From Octopus sinensis (lineage: Eukaryota), in NCBI RefSeq assembly GCF_006345805.1, contig NC_042997.1, positions 157,418,001-157,482,000 of the forward strand: a DNA stretch of 64,000 bases, read 5' to 3'. The first letter of the stretch is position 1. Each line of letters starts with the position of its first letter. The notes beneath the pieces are model-generated. The model searched no databases and was not told the origin of the DNA. It worked only from the letters and a program-made list of their open reading frames with translations. The position numbers were made by a program, and so were the translations under genes. Positions 24,901 through 37,323 of this stretch are shown in pieces.

Positions 24901-25344
24901 CTAAATAAAAAGTCGAAAGGAAAAGAGGATAATAACGGAAACAAAGCAATCGTGATGAAGATGAAAATATGATGATGCTAATTGTGATGGGAATGATGAT
25001 GAATAAAGAATAAAGAGGAAGATGACTATGGTTATATTGTTTATTATTATATGCTTATGTGCGTATGCTTGCGTGTGCATATGTGTACGTATATGAGCAT
25101 GTATAAGTTTGCATGTATATATGCATATATGCATGTAAATACATGTATGCACAAACATACATAAGCACATGTTGGATACATATACACACATTTATACACG
25201 CACACACTCGTTGGTTTATATGTGTGTGGGTATGTGTATGTGGACACGCGTATTTGTTAATTTGTGTCTATGTGTATACGTATGTTTATGCAAAAAATTT
25301 ATCTTAATTAGAGCATTATTTTGTGATTAGTACCAGTCCTAAGA

Positions 25345-25546
25345 ATATTGATTTAAAATTTTGGCACAAGGCCAGCAATTTCGGGTTGGGGATAAATCGA
25401 TTACATCAACCTCAGTGTCCAACTGGTACTTATTTTATCGATTCCAAAAGGATGAAAGATAAAGTCGACCTCGGCGGAATTTGAATTCAGAACATAGACA
25501 CAGGAGAAAAATTTCGCTAAGCATTTTTCTGCCAGCTCGCCGCCTT
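25345..25546 (-). mobile_element. SINE family B copy
   Basis: Reverse-complement match to the family consensus, including the CTGCCAGCTCGCCGCC head. Confidence 0.85.
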
Positions 25547-25597
25547 TAGTCTTAAGAATATTACCTGTTACTAAATGAATTCTACCAGCTGAACTAT

Positions 25598-26430
25598 ATG
25601 GTTAATAAGAAGTCAATGCTCGGACCACAAGGATGGTTAGTGGAGGGTACGATAGACGATGGTCGTGGAGTGAATCCAGACTTCAATGAAAACAGTCTAA
25701 ATAGTCTCTTTTACAGGATAGTTCTATCTACCGTGAAAACTCACTCTTGCTTTACCACTGAAGATCGGATTAACTTCCTCTATAATGAAAAGAGTAACTG
25801 GTGGATGCGACTGAAAAGTTTGAAGCCAAAATTACTGGATTTGCTCCAGGCAAACGATAAAAAGAAAAGTGACTTACCGTTGTTCCGCAAAAAGAAACAG
25901 AGGGAGATTTCTTGTATGACAAAATGTATGTCAGTTGATCAAAACAAGAGATATACAAGTATGTGCTCGTTTTTAAAACCGGGTTCAAGACGAACGCATG
26001 CAGAGCTCTTGCACTCTACACCCACGAATAGGGTGGTTTCAAAATACATGGAAAAATGAAATACTAGGATCATAGCCGCCGTATACATTGGGAACAATGT
26101 GGATTATTGGCCCATTTCAATTTTGTGGCACTGTACGGTCAATGAAAACATATAAATGATCCACGACAACATTTGTCAGGCAGGATCTACATACGCATCT
26201 AGATCCGATGGGTCCCAAAAATTACGAGATGATCTTGGAGTCATATTTCATTGTGGTAGTGAAGAGATGGTCATTTAAACTGGTGGTATTGAGCAGAAAC
26301 CTAAGTGCTAAATGTGTGAGAGTAAGGAAGATGTGAAGACCTACTGTCCAAGAAAAAGGTGCCGCATTTTTTATGGCTTTGCTGGAGGAGAAAGTGCAAC
26401 ATCAGTCCTTTTTATTAGGAGTTCCTAGTC
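25598..26430 (+). mobile_element. Probable decayed LINE ORF1 (includes the 153-aa ORF)
   Basis: VSKYMEK*NTRII resembles LPTYLGRRAFKI at 2600-2660. Downstream KPKC*MCESKEDVKTYCPRKRC looks like a degenerate CCHC zinc knuckle. Confidence 0.35.
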
Positions 26431-27724
26431 TGATTAGAGGAAGGGAAGAAGTTATTGTCGGGTCAGTAACCTGGGCTGAATGCCCGCAAAACAACTAGCA
26501 CTAGAAGTTAAGATGTGGCATTAAACCGAGTATCTAATTAAGTCTAGCACCCAGGATCAAATATAGTCCCACTTGATTTCATACAGTTTCAGTTTGCCTC
26601 GTTTCCCCCACATGTAGAATCGAACTCGAACCACGTGATACCGAAGCAAATTTCTTGACAACGAACCTATGTTAAGTCCATTTCTATAACTTGTATGAAT
26701 ATTTTAGCTGATACGAGAGAGGCGAGATGGAAAAAAAAGGCGGAACGTTGAAGTGAATACTATATGATATTTAATTTCGTAAATTTATATATATATATAG
26801 TATGTTCACTTCAAGCCACGATCAACAATACATTTTAGGGTTGATAAAATAGTTATCAGTTCCTATTGCTCTATTGTTTAGCCCAAGCTTGTTATAAGGA
26901 AGAAGACATGATTAAAAACGTTCCAGACATGATCATCTTACCATTTTCCAACGCACCTTACCGTACGACCACATTGCTCACTGTATCCTTCCTTTTTCTG
27001 TAAGACGGTAGAAAGTAATTTGAAGGATATTGGTTGCTATTTCTAATAGTCTCCCTCATTGAGTCGAATAGTTACTAGTAATACGATAAAGTTGGTGCAA
27101 TCGACTGTAACCACTTCCTACAACAATCTTCCTTCGTGCTTATGTAAGCAGTCAGTATTTTGGGTGGGAAGTGCTAAGTTATAACGTTTAGGCTTTCCCA
27201 AGGACTTTAGCGATTTAAGTGACAGGAAATGGCTGTAACCATTTCGAAACCTGATCACGGACTTCGTGCTCGAGAGATTACTTCTTACTTTTGACATACG
27301 TCATGGGAAATGCTTTAAACAATGGCTTCCATTTACATGTAGGATACATTATAAGATATAAATAGCCCCAGTATTTCATTGGTACTTTATTTTAACGACT
27401 CCGGGAGAAAGAACGGTTAAATTGGTCCTGGTGGGATTTGAACTCAGACCACAAAGGGCTATAATTGTTAATATGGTTTGATACAAAATTTAATCAAATT
27501 TTATCATTCGTATCAACAAGATTGCATATTGCTAAAAGAGAGGAGATGGGTTTAGTTCATGCCTATTGCGAAGTCATGAAAAGCCTAAATAAAACAAAAC
27601 AGCTTTTAGTTAAGTGGGAACATTGTGTCCATCACCATATTTACAGGGTCTCCAACGCAAGTGAGTAGGTGGGAGGAGAAATATGTTCTCAAACCAGAGC
27701 TCAAGTCCGAACGATTGCAACAGA

Positions 27725-27785
27725 ATGGACTACGCTAAAATTGGGGAAGGTGCCATTTGGTGTTTATAGGGCGACAGATGAAGTC
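27725..27785 (+). pseudogene. Possible protein-kinase subdomain I relic
   Basis: MDYAKIGEGA, +1 frameshift, FGVYRATDE; resembles the Gly-rich loop GEGAFG.VY.A.D. Confidence 0.3.
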
Positions 27786-27806
27786 TACCATCCAAATATG
27801 CCCGAC

Positions 27807-27840
<34 letters not shown>

Positions 27841-28781
27841 ACACACACACACACACACACGACAGGCTTGCTTGTGACCAAATTCGGTCACTCAACCACA
27901 TTAATGTTATTAGGCGATGCATCTCAGTTGCAGCTGCTTGAAGACGATTATATGCGATTACATCAACTTCAGTATATTGCTGGTACTTATTCACAGCTGT
28001 AAAAATACTATATAATGAGTTCTATTTTATCGACCATGAATAAAATAACATTAATTTTACTTTAAAATCGTCATTAAAATCATCATTAACGGATAAAAAT
28101 CTAGAAAAATAAATAGATATAAATAAAAAGCAGCCAAATCAAAAACTGTGAAAAAAAGATAAAATTTGTTCAACCTAAAATTAACTTCCCTCTGGAATCC
28201 CCAACTTTGCCCTAGAATCCTGAATTTTACCTCAAAGCAAAAAGAATTGTAAGTCAAGATCTTCGTCGAGTGCAAGAAAAAGTACTACAAAGGAAGTAAC
28301 GAGAGCACCTCTACGCCGTAGGTTGATACAAGAAATAGCAGCCAGATCTCCCTTAAGGTAGCTTATCATCTTAATTAAATAAAAACGGTCTCAAAGGTCA
28401 ATAAAGTTACTGATAGGTAAACAGATGGGCTACTCATGGGTGGAACGCCTTTGATCATAAATCTATCTGCTTTATCAGGTATGACCTGAGACTAAATGAC
28501 AACAGCAGCAACAGCAACAGTAACGATAAAGATATTAATGTCAGTGGTAGAGGTTAGATATAAAGGCCACAAGGAATCAAAATGAAACCACAATCATTAA
28601 TACAAGGCTGTGGCAAGGGCTAGTGTTGCCTTTAATTTTTATTAAAGTCATCTCGTCTGTTATAATGAAATAATCACTACGCATTTAATGATATATAAAT
28701 CAGTTTGTTAAGGCGGCTAGTTAGCTGAATAGTTCCCGCGTATAACAAAATGTTTGACACTATTTCTTCTGGCTTCACATT

Positions 28782-28959
28782 CTGTGCCGTCGAAGTTCGC
28801 GAAGTGAAAGGCTCCAGCGACTCGCAGTCCACTGGGACACCACGGTCCGTGGTTTCAAGACGGGTCGGGTTGCCGATGCTCGTCGCTGACCGGCGGCTTT
28901 TCGGGCGGTCCCGCGACCGCCGTGGGCCTCCCTCTCGCGAGGGAAGCGGCGCGGCAGCT
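28782..28959 (-). rRNA. 28S rRNA pseudogene fragment (end of D2 expansion segment plus conserved core), copy 1
   Basis: Minus strand reads CGGCAACCCGACCCGTCTTGAAACCACGGACC, matching the universal LSU motif CGACCCGTCTTGAAACACGGACC. GC-rich in an AT-rich context. Confidence 0.85.
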
Positions 28960-29102
28960 TTATTAAAGTAATCGCATCTGTTATAATGAAATAATCACTA
29001 CGCATTTAATGATATATAAATCAGTTTGTTAAGGCGGCTAGTTGGCTGAATAGTTCCCGCATGTAACAAAATGTTCGACGCTATTTCTTCTGGCTTCACA
29101 TT

Positions 29103-29261
29103 CTGTGCCGTCGGAGTTCGCGAAGTGAAAGGCTCCAACGACTCGCAGTCGACTGGGACACCTCGGTCCGCGTTTCAAGACGAGTCGCGTAGGTTACCGA
29201 TGCACGTCGCTGACCGGCGGCAGAGGGCGGCTTTTCTCGTGAGGGAAGCGGCGCGGCAGCT
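29103..29261 (-). rRNA. 28S rRNA pseudogene fragment, copy 2
   Basis: Minus strand reads TCGGTAACCTACGCGACTCGTCTTGAAACGCGGACCGAGG; its deletion differs from that in copy 1. Confidence 0.85.
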
Positions 29262-30069
29262 TTATTAAAGTCATCTCATCTGTTATAATGAAATAATCAC
29301 TACACATTTAATGATATGTAAATCAGTTTGTTAAGGTGGTTAGTTGGCTGAATAGTTCCCGCATGTAACAAAAATGTTTGACACTATTTCTTCCGACTTC
29401 ACATTCTGAGTTCAAAATCCACCGATGTCAACTTTTATTATTTTGTGGTCGATAAAATAGGCACCAGTGAAATACCGGAATCGATATAATCGTCTGACCT
29501 TTCCCCTCCAAAAAATTGCTGTCCTTGTAGCAAAATCAGAAAGAATATAAATTAGTATGTATTATGTATGATATATGAAATTATTTTAGTTTGATGAAAC
29601 GAGAGAGATAGATGATGAATCATGGTTTCACGGTAAGCGATCTTTTTGCCACTCTCTATTTCTTAGAATCAATTATTCATATAAACTATATTGTAGTAGC
29701 ATGAAAGACTGTTAGTCTCTGTGGCAGCAATCATTTAGGAAAATGAAATTTCCGTCTTGAAATATTGCAGGATTTTCTTTCTAAACTAATACAAGTATGT
29801 GTGTGCGTGTGTGTGTGTATTATTATTGTTATTAAATTTTTACAAGAAGAGGAGTGCCAGTGACTTCAAATTACATGCCGCTGCTCTTGTAAGGGTTGAA
29901 TAAACATGTACTCGATTAAAAAAATAAAAATAGAAAGTCCTTTACGAAGTATAATATATTTGGAAAAAAGGAACAGAAATGGCTTTTCGTATAATTTTTT
30001 CACTTTGATAATTAGTTGGTTATAAGTTAAAAATCTATTAAAGTGGAAAAATTATCAGAAAAGCCATTT

Positions 30070-30196
30070 CTAACCACACGGTTCCGGGTTCAGTCCCACT
30101 GCGTGGCACTTTGGGCAAGTGTCTTCTAGTATAGCCTCGGGACGATTAAGACCTTGTGACGGTATTTGGTAGACGGAAAACTGAAAGAAGCCCGTC

Positions 30197-30266
<70 letters not shown>

Positions 30267-30517
30267 TGTGTGTGTGCGTGCGTGTGTGTGTGTGTGTGTG
30301 TATGTGGTCTGTGTTTGTGTGTATTTCTGTCTATGTTTGTCCCCCCACCGTTGCTTGACAACCGATGTTGTTTACATCTCCATAACTTAGCGGTTCGGCA
30401 AAGGACCCCGACAGAATAAGTACTATGATTAGAAAGAATAGGCCCTGGGGTCGATTTGTTCGACTAAAGGCGGTGCTCCAGCATGGCCGCAATCAAATGA
30501 CTGAGACAAGTAAAAGA

Positions 30518-30520
<3 letters not shown>
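30070..30520 (+). mobile_element. SINE family A, near full length
   Basis: Head, internal (TA)n(TG)n and tail all present. Confidence 0.9.
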
Positions 30521-30576
<56 letters not shown>

Positions 30577-30578
30577 TA

Positions 30579-30820
30579 TCACGTGATCACGTGACCGACC
30601 AGAAGATCAGATGTTGCTACACATCGCTGGTCACAATGCGTTCGCATTGTTTTTGCCTTGGAATAACGCCACCCCGCTGGCTAAGCGAGCAGGTCAACAG
30701 AAGGAAGAGTGAGAGAAAAAGTGGTGAAAGAGTATACTCACAACGCCCGGTCTGGGAATCGAAATCACGATCCTACGACCGCGAGTCCGCTTCCCTAACC
30801 ACTGGGTCATTGCGCCTCCA
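30579..30820 (-). mobile_element. tRNA-derived SINE family C (internally deleted)
   Basis: Minus head TGGAGGCGCAATGACCCAGTGGTTAGGG...TTTCGATTCCCAG (A/B-box-like); tail GGTCACGTGATCACGTGA. Confidence 0.85.
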
Positions 30821-30823
30821 CAT

Positions 30824-30856
<33 letters not shown>

Positions 30857-30870
30857 TATATATACACACA

Positions 30871-31530
30871 AACACGAAGGGAGGTCACAAATTATCAGCA
30901 CTTTCGTCATAACATCTTTATTATTGTCACACACCCTTCTTGCGTACTTATAGTAGTTTCTGTTGTGGTCACGTATCGAAGTTTGAGCCTGATCACGCCA
31001 TTTTTCTTTCTGGCTTTACAGTGTAAACATGGCTGCCCCTCTAAGTGATGTGCACCAAAGAATAACAAAGTGCAGTGATCCGATTTCTCTGGAAAACGGG
31101 TGTACGAACAACAGTGCTTTGCTGGCTAACAAACTGATACCAGCGATTCGCACCAAACGCCGATGTCTATTGTCTATGGAAGTATTGTTGTTGCATGACA
31201 ATGCACGCCCAGAAACGGACGCCTAGATTGTTGAAAACATTAACCAATTGGGTTTTTAGTTGCTGGAACACCACGCCTACAGATCTTGCACTTTCAGACT
31301 ATCGTGTCTTTGGGCTGCTCAAAGATGGTTTACGAGGTCGTCGATTTCCTACGGATAAAGATGTGAAGGAAGCGGTGCACAAATGGTAGCAAGACCAACC
31401 AAAACTCTTCTGTGAGGGATTACGCAAGATTGGACTGCTGGAGCAATTGCATCGAAAAGGAACAAGAATATATAGAAGAATGAGGTACTTGTTTATTCCC
31501 TACTTTTGTATAAATAAATTGAAAAAACAA
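30871..31530 (+). mobile_element. Internally deleted mariner (second family)
   Basis: N-terminal MAAPLSD.TKE.Q.AVIRFL joined to C-terminal LLLHDNARP...DLALSDYRVFGLLKDGLRGRRF...VKEAVHKW. Confidence 0.8.
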
Positions 31531-31658
31531 GTATATATATGTATGAGTGTATGTGTGTGGGTGTAAATACATACACACACATACACAGATACTCACACAC
31601 ATATACACATATACTGATATATATATATATAAAGACACACGCATACATATATATATAT

Positions 31659-31705
<47 letters not shown>

Positions 31706-32120
31706 TACATGCCTATGCACAGACATATTTATTTGTATGTGCCTCATACTTAATATGTGTATTCTTAAATGTCTGTAGCTGTGGAATTTCGTCTAAGGCC
31801 GGTCCATTAAAAGAAATATAGCGTTAAAAACACAATATACTTCAAAGCTAGGTGAAGCGAAATCGTCCCGGAAGTGGACGAAAATGATAGATATCGATAT
31901 TTCGCATATTTTTTCTGCCCATCGGTGTCGTGAACTTAGCCTGCCTCCGAAGCAAGTCTGCAACTGTGTGCCAGAAGTATATACACATTGTAAAGTCTAT
32001 TTTGTTGTAGAACAAAATTCCAGCTTTGTGTTAGAAGCCGCTCAATAATTTAAACGTTATTAATATCACATACTTAGTCTAATGTTTACATTACTGAGTT
32101 GCTTCGAACACGAAATTGAT

Positions 32121-32414
32121 TACCGTGATCACCGTGACCGACCAGGCTATCAGATGTTGCTACACATCGCTGGTCACAATGCGCTTCGCATTGTTCTAGC
32201 CTTCAAATGACGCCACCCCGCTGGCTAAGCGAGCAGGCCGACAGAAAAAAGAGTGAGAGAAAGTTGAGCAAAAGAGTACAGCAGGGATCGCCACCACCCC
32301 CTGCCGGAGCCTCGTGGAGCTTTAGTTGTTTTCGTTCAATAAACGCTGGGAATCGAAACCGCGATCCTACAACCGCGAGTCCGCTGCCCTAACCATTGGG
32401 CCATTGCGCCTCCA
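32121..32414 (-). mobile_element. tRNA-derived SINE family C
   Basis: Minus head TGGAGGCGCAATGGCCCAATGGTTAGGGCAGCGGACTCGCGG...GGTTTCGATTCCCA, with A box TGGCCCAATGG and a B-box-like motif. Confidence 0.9.
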
Positions 32415-32883
32415 ATATATATGTATATGTATATATATGTGTGTGTGTGTGAGTGTATGTATATATATGTATGTGTGTGTGTGAGTGAGTGTGTGCCCCC
32501 CAGCACATTTCATCCATTCACATTAATGCCTATAAAGTGTCTTTACATATGCTACTTATCTATTTCGCCTACCAGACAAGAATCCTCTATGTTTATTTGT
32601 ATCACTTTTAGACTGTAGGAGACTTCATTTCACGTTTCATATTTTATTTATCAGTTTTAATTTTGTTTTCACAACTGAAATTCTCTGTGTTTTTATGACT
32701 GAAGCAACCCTCAGTATACTAAATATTTCTAGTAAACGACGAAGAATACAAGGAAGATTTTCTATTATAAATATAACCTTTAAATTTATACAAAAATTTT
32801 TCTAGCACAAATTTGTGACAAAAGCAATGCGCACAGAACCATTCAAGTGATGCAAAACACACATTTATCGTAATCTAGACGAC

Positions 32884-32975
<92 letters not shown>

Positions 32976-33035
32976 GCCTGTCTATCTGTCTGTCTGTCTG
33001 TCTGTCTGCCTGTATATATATCTATCTATCGATCT
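32884..33035. repeat. (ATCT)n/(GTCT)n microsatellite
   Basis: Direct reading. Confidence 0.95.
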
Positions 33036-34813
33036 ATCAATGCATATGTTGCGCATACAGGCACACACAACGCGCGTGCGCAGATACTCAATCATTTATC
33101 CTGGTGTCGTTTAACGCAAGACCGGCCATATAAATTTAAGTTTTCCATTTATATGCTCTTCATTTTAATTTCAGGCAATATATCCAAGGCAACAGTATCT
33201 GACATTGTTTTCCCTTTTGAAAAGAAGTAGGATATAATTTTGATTAGTATTTGGCTGTTACATCTAGCAGGTCCAGAAATCACATAGAACCTTCCTCGCT
33301 GGCTTCTTAGTAATTTTAGGAACGTGGTTAAGTGATTCAAATAGATTTAGCTCACCTTTTCAAATTAAACTTATTATGGTACCAATATAATGTACCTTAT
33401 AAATAAATATATGAATACAGAGTCAAATGCATATAAATGAAATCTCGCAGTGAATTTAATTCCACAAGGGCCATTTCAGCATAACTGAATACCGAAAACT
33501 CTTGTAGATTTTTCATATCGAGAAAAATCCGATATCAAAATAATCATTAAAAATCTATCAATAGACAAAGAGGGATCATAAGTGAATCCTTTCTTAGTAC
33601 ATCACATTCTGAATAAATTATAACTTACACTGAATAAACCGTAGCATTATTTAGTAAATCAATTAAGTCACACACACATAACTTGGCATTATAATTACTA
33701 ATTAGTTGTTCAGTTCAGTAGATAACTCGGAAGACCTTATGTGATGTGGTGACTCGACCTGCTAGGTATAGGAGTTAAATCTTTTTCAAATTACACTTGA
33801 CACTGTTTAAGATCATAGGCTACACTGGATAATGTAACTCCGATACATGTCTTAGAAATTATTAGATTATTTTATCATATACTCTCATACATATACATAC
33901 ACATACGCAGACACTAGTGTCTACGGATGTGTGTATGTCTGTGTCCGAAAGACCGTATGTACCTGAGTAGAAATACATAAATACATGGAACAATAAAACG
34001 ATATATAATCATTCACACACGTTAAAACTTAGACACCCACGATATGTATCGACACATCTAGATATGTTCTCGTTCGTGTGCGTACCTACAACACCACTTA
34101 CATAATGTGACAGGGTTTTAAAAAACAATATATTGCTCGCTTCCTGTTAGGGGTCGAACAAACGTCACTTTATTTTATTTTATCATCATGTTTGTTTATT
34201 TTCATTAATCAAACTCCTTATTTTGCTAGTAACTCTATCTGTTACTAACCGACAATTCACGTGCGGTAACGGAAAGAAAGTTTATTTTTCATTGCGATAT
34301 GTTACATACGTCGCCTTTTGATAACCATCACTTCTTTGCCTCTCTTGAAATAAATAATAAAAATAACATAAAATAAGAAAAAAAGACGCTTTACTCCTGT
34401 AAATCTGGTTTTATAATGTAAAATATTCTCTTTGTAAGTCAGAGCATAATTTTATTCCTTCTTACAATTACTAAGCGATTATAGTAAAATGGCGGTAAGT
34501 TTCCAGTAAGCAGAATGCATTATTTCTTGTTTACTTCTTTGTTATAACTATTTTACTACTGTAAGAAATCCAGTAACGGTGTAGTCTGGGTAAATTTAGT
34601 GTCGGAACAGTAATTATATATATATTTAGGTTAAATTGCGAGTAAAACAAGGGATAAAAAATGCAACGCAAAAGACTAGCAAGAGTAAAGAGTCAATGTA
34701 TTGTGCTGTGATTGAAAGCAAAAGTATTAAGGCTTCAGTTATTCGCTTTTTGCCAACGTAGATGAAATATAAACAAATTTAGATAAGAACTGTATTTATA
34801 GTTGAAAGAATAC

Positions 34814-34814
<1 letters not shown>

Positions 34815-34866
<52 letters not shown>
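34815..34866. repeat. (ATT)n microsatellite
   Basis: Direct reading. Confidence 0.95.
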
Positions 34867-34868
<2 letters not shown>

Positions 34869-34887
34869 AATTGTTGTTGTTGTTGTA

Positions 34888-35530
34888 AGTTGGCTAGCTA
34901 GCAGAATCGTTAGCGCGCCGGACGAAATGCCAAGCGGTAATTCGCCAGACGCTACGTTCTGAGTTCAAAATCCGATTTTAACTTTCATCCTACGCGTGCA
35001 GTCTAGATATAAACTGTTTCGCTCTTAAGAGAATCTGCAATGATTTTGGTCACTAGTTTTCACCCTCGGAATACCGTGTAAATTTCTCTAAATTTCTCCT
35101 CCTTCCTTCTCCCCCAACCTCAACCAGTATGTACGTGCTTACCTGTATGGACGTGTGTGCGTGCACGCTCAGTTTGACTATCAGTATTTCACATCATTAC
35201 AACTTTAGAGAAAATTCAGTTTATTAATTGTCAAGAGGTGAAAAATAATATTGAATATCTATTTGTTTCTAAACCCGAAGAATTTTATGCCAGACTGATG
35301 GATGGTATTATCTAATCGATAATGTAAGATGGTGAGCACGCCAGGTGAAATGCTTAGTGACCGAAATGCGGTATGTCGTCTGTCTTTACGTTCTGAGTTC
35401 AAGTTCCATCGAGGTCAACTTTGCTCTTTATCCTTTCAGGATCGATAAATTAAGTACCAGTGAAACACTAAGGTCGACGTAATCGAATAGTCCCCTCCGC
35501 ACAAATTTCAAGTCTTGTGCCGATAATGTA
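34888..35530 (+). mobile_element. Two diverged SINE family B copies (34888-34990 and 35325-35530)
   Basis: GCAGAATCGTTAGC...GTTCTGAGTTCAA motifs. Confidence 0.75.
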
Positions 35531-35707
35531 AGGAAATATTATCTTGATGAAATATATCAATTAAAATCAAAGAAGCACCTTCTATTTTCCAATCTTGATA
35601 TGCGACTGGACCTTCTTTCCAACCCAATATGTGTGTGTGTGTGTGTGTGTGTATGTGTGTGTATGTGTGTGTGTGTGTATGTGTGTGTGTGTGTGTGTGT
35701 GTGTTTG

Positions 35708-36390
35708 TATTGGGTCATCCCACAAATAATGCGGTTTTTTATGCTTTATATTTCAGAATTAAGATCAACAGAGTTCTTTTTAATATATAAATATATTCTC
35801 CATTTTCTAAAATGCTTTTCCATCCATCTGGTAGACTTGCAAAGCCCCTCTTCCAAAATTCATTTGTCCGTGATGACAAATACTCTTTCAGTACTGTTCT
35901 GATATCGTCGACAGAATTCATATATTTCCGTGCAAATGATTTTAAAGACTGTGGATTAAATGTCGATGAATGGTTGAATGGGCGAATCCAAACTTCTCTG
36001 CTAGTTCCTCAGCAGTTACGATGGGATTTTTTTCCACTAGTATTTGAAGGACGTCCTCGTCGAGCACTACAGATCTTCCGGGACGAGGCTCGTCTTCTTG
36101 GCTGTAGTTTCCGGCTCGGAATATCTGGAACCCCCTTTGACACTGGCTTATGCTTAATATCCGATCCCTATATACTTCATTACTATTCCTCGCACTTTTC
36201 GTTGCGTTGTTGCCTTTATTGAACTCATAAAGCAAAATATGCCGAATATGCTCCTGTGTCACTTCCATTATATCTTTGAAAAAATATAATAACTGTTAAA
36301 ATCGAACTGTACTCTTCAAAACTTGCACTAAGAATAAGTTCAAGGTAAAATTATTACTTGGCTTTCATAGCAAGTTGATGCAGATAGGTT
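35708..36390 (-). mobile_element. Internally deleted DD34D mariner (same family as 41160-42200)
   Basis: TIR TA-TTGGGTCATCCCACAAATAATGCGG at 35708. N-terminal HTH region MEVTQEHIRHILLYEFNKGNNAT... is fused to the C-terminus FWKRGFASLPDGWKSILENGEYI. Confidence 0.9.
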
Positions 36391-36559
36391 ATATATATAT
36401 ATATAATTGTATATGTATATATATGTTTAAATATATATTTATATATAATTAAGGATAAAATCATTACAAGATTTTATCAAGTAGCCAATAGGTAATAAAA
36501 ACCATATCGGTAACAATTAATACAAATATATAATTATATAAATATAGATATATATTTTT

Positions 36560-36800
36560 ATATATGTGTGTTGGCACGTGTTTGTATATATGCGTGTTAT
36601 TCGTATAGATTTTAATAAATATTCCCATTTATGTACAATGAGGTATACTATACTGATGACAGCAAAGGGAATGAATTTATATCTAAGCTAGAAAAAAGTT
36701 TTCTTTGTTCACTTTCCTCGCTTTCAAGCCCGTGCTAATGGAGTACATACTATAGTTTTTAGAGCCATTTGTCGTCTATTTCTAGCATGTAGTACTACGT
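36560..36800 (+). mobile_element. Penelope-like pLTR-type repeat, copy 1, with truncated hammerhead (core at 36653)
   Basis: Homologous to 37030-37270. CUAUA-CUGAUGA-C-AGC...GCU-A-GAAA with stem III deleted. Confidence 0.55.
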
Positions 36801-37106
36801 ATTAGTGCTCTTATTATAATTATATTTATACAATTATATATCTGTTTCAATTGTTACCTATCTGGTTTTTATTACATGCTGGCTACTTGACAAAATCTCA
36901 TAACGATTTTATCCTTAATTATATATAAATATAAATTACTTCTACCAATATATTCACTGCAGTATTATTTTTGGCCGTAGACGCACGTGGTTGAGGTGAA
37001 TGAATTAGATTTAGCTCGTATATACGTGTGAATATATGTATATATGCGTGTGGATATGTGTTATTCGTCTGGGTATGGATAAATATTTGGATTTATATAC
37101 ATTTCG

Positions 37107-37167
37107 CTATACTATACTGACGACAGCAAAAGGATTTTATATCTGCAAGCTAGAAATCGATCTATAG
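37107..37167 (+). ncRNA. Hammerhead-like motif with palindromic stem III (in pLTR-type repeat copy 2, 37030-37270)
   Basis: CUGACGA (37117)-C-AGC...GCU-A-GAAAU-CG-AUC-UAUAG. AUCGAU palindrome; stem I CUAUA/UAUAG with a 5-nt bulge. Confidence 0.5.
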
Positions 37168-37323
37168 TCAACACTTTAAAAAAATCTTCTTTGTTCACTT
37201 TTTTTGTTTTCAACACGTGCTAATGGAGTACATATTGTTTTTAGAGCCATTTGGCATCTATTTATATTTATTAGTACCCTTTTTATAAATATGTTTAAAT
37301 AATTATATCTATATTTCAGACGC

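Larger units (their letters stand above)
28639..29545 (+). repeat. Tandem array of ~300-320-bp units (flank + SINE B head + rRNA fragment); third unit continues as an ordinary SINE B
   Basis: Units start at ~28639, ~28960 and ~29262 with TTATTAAAGT.ATC.C.TCTGTTATAATG. Confidence 0.9.

Noticed and set aside
25870-26260. Minus-strand frame with several TGA codons, suggesting a NUMT or alternative genetic code
   Set aside because: Reading TGA as Trp gives no recognisable mitochondrial protein; the plus-strand LINE ORF1 reading fits better.
28782-29261. Functional rDNA unit
   Set aside because: Only short fragments with substitutions and indels in the conserved core; no flanking rDNA.
32121-32414. 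tRNA gene (also 30579-30820 and 51965-52187)
   Set aside because: A/B boxes are present but there is no complete cloverleaf, and the head runs into a SINE body and tail.
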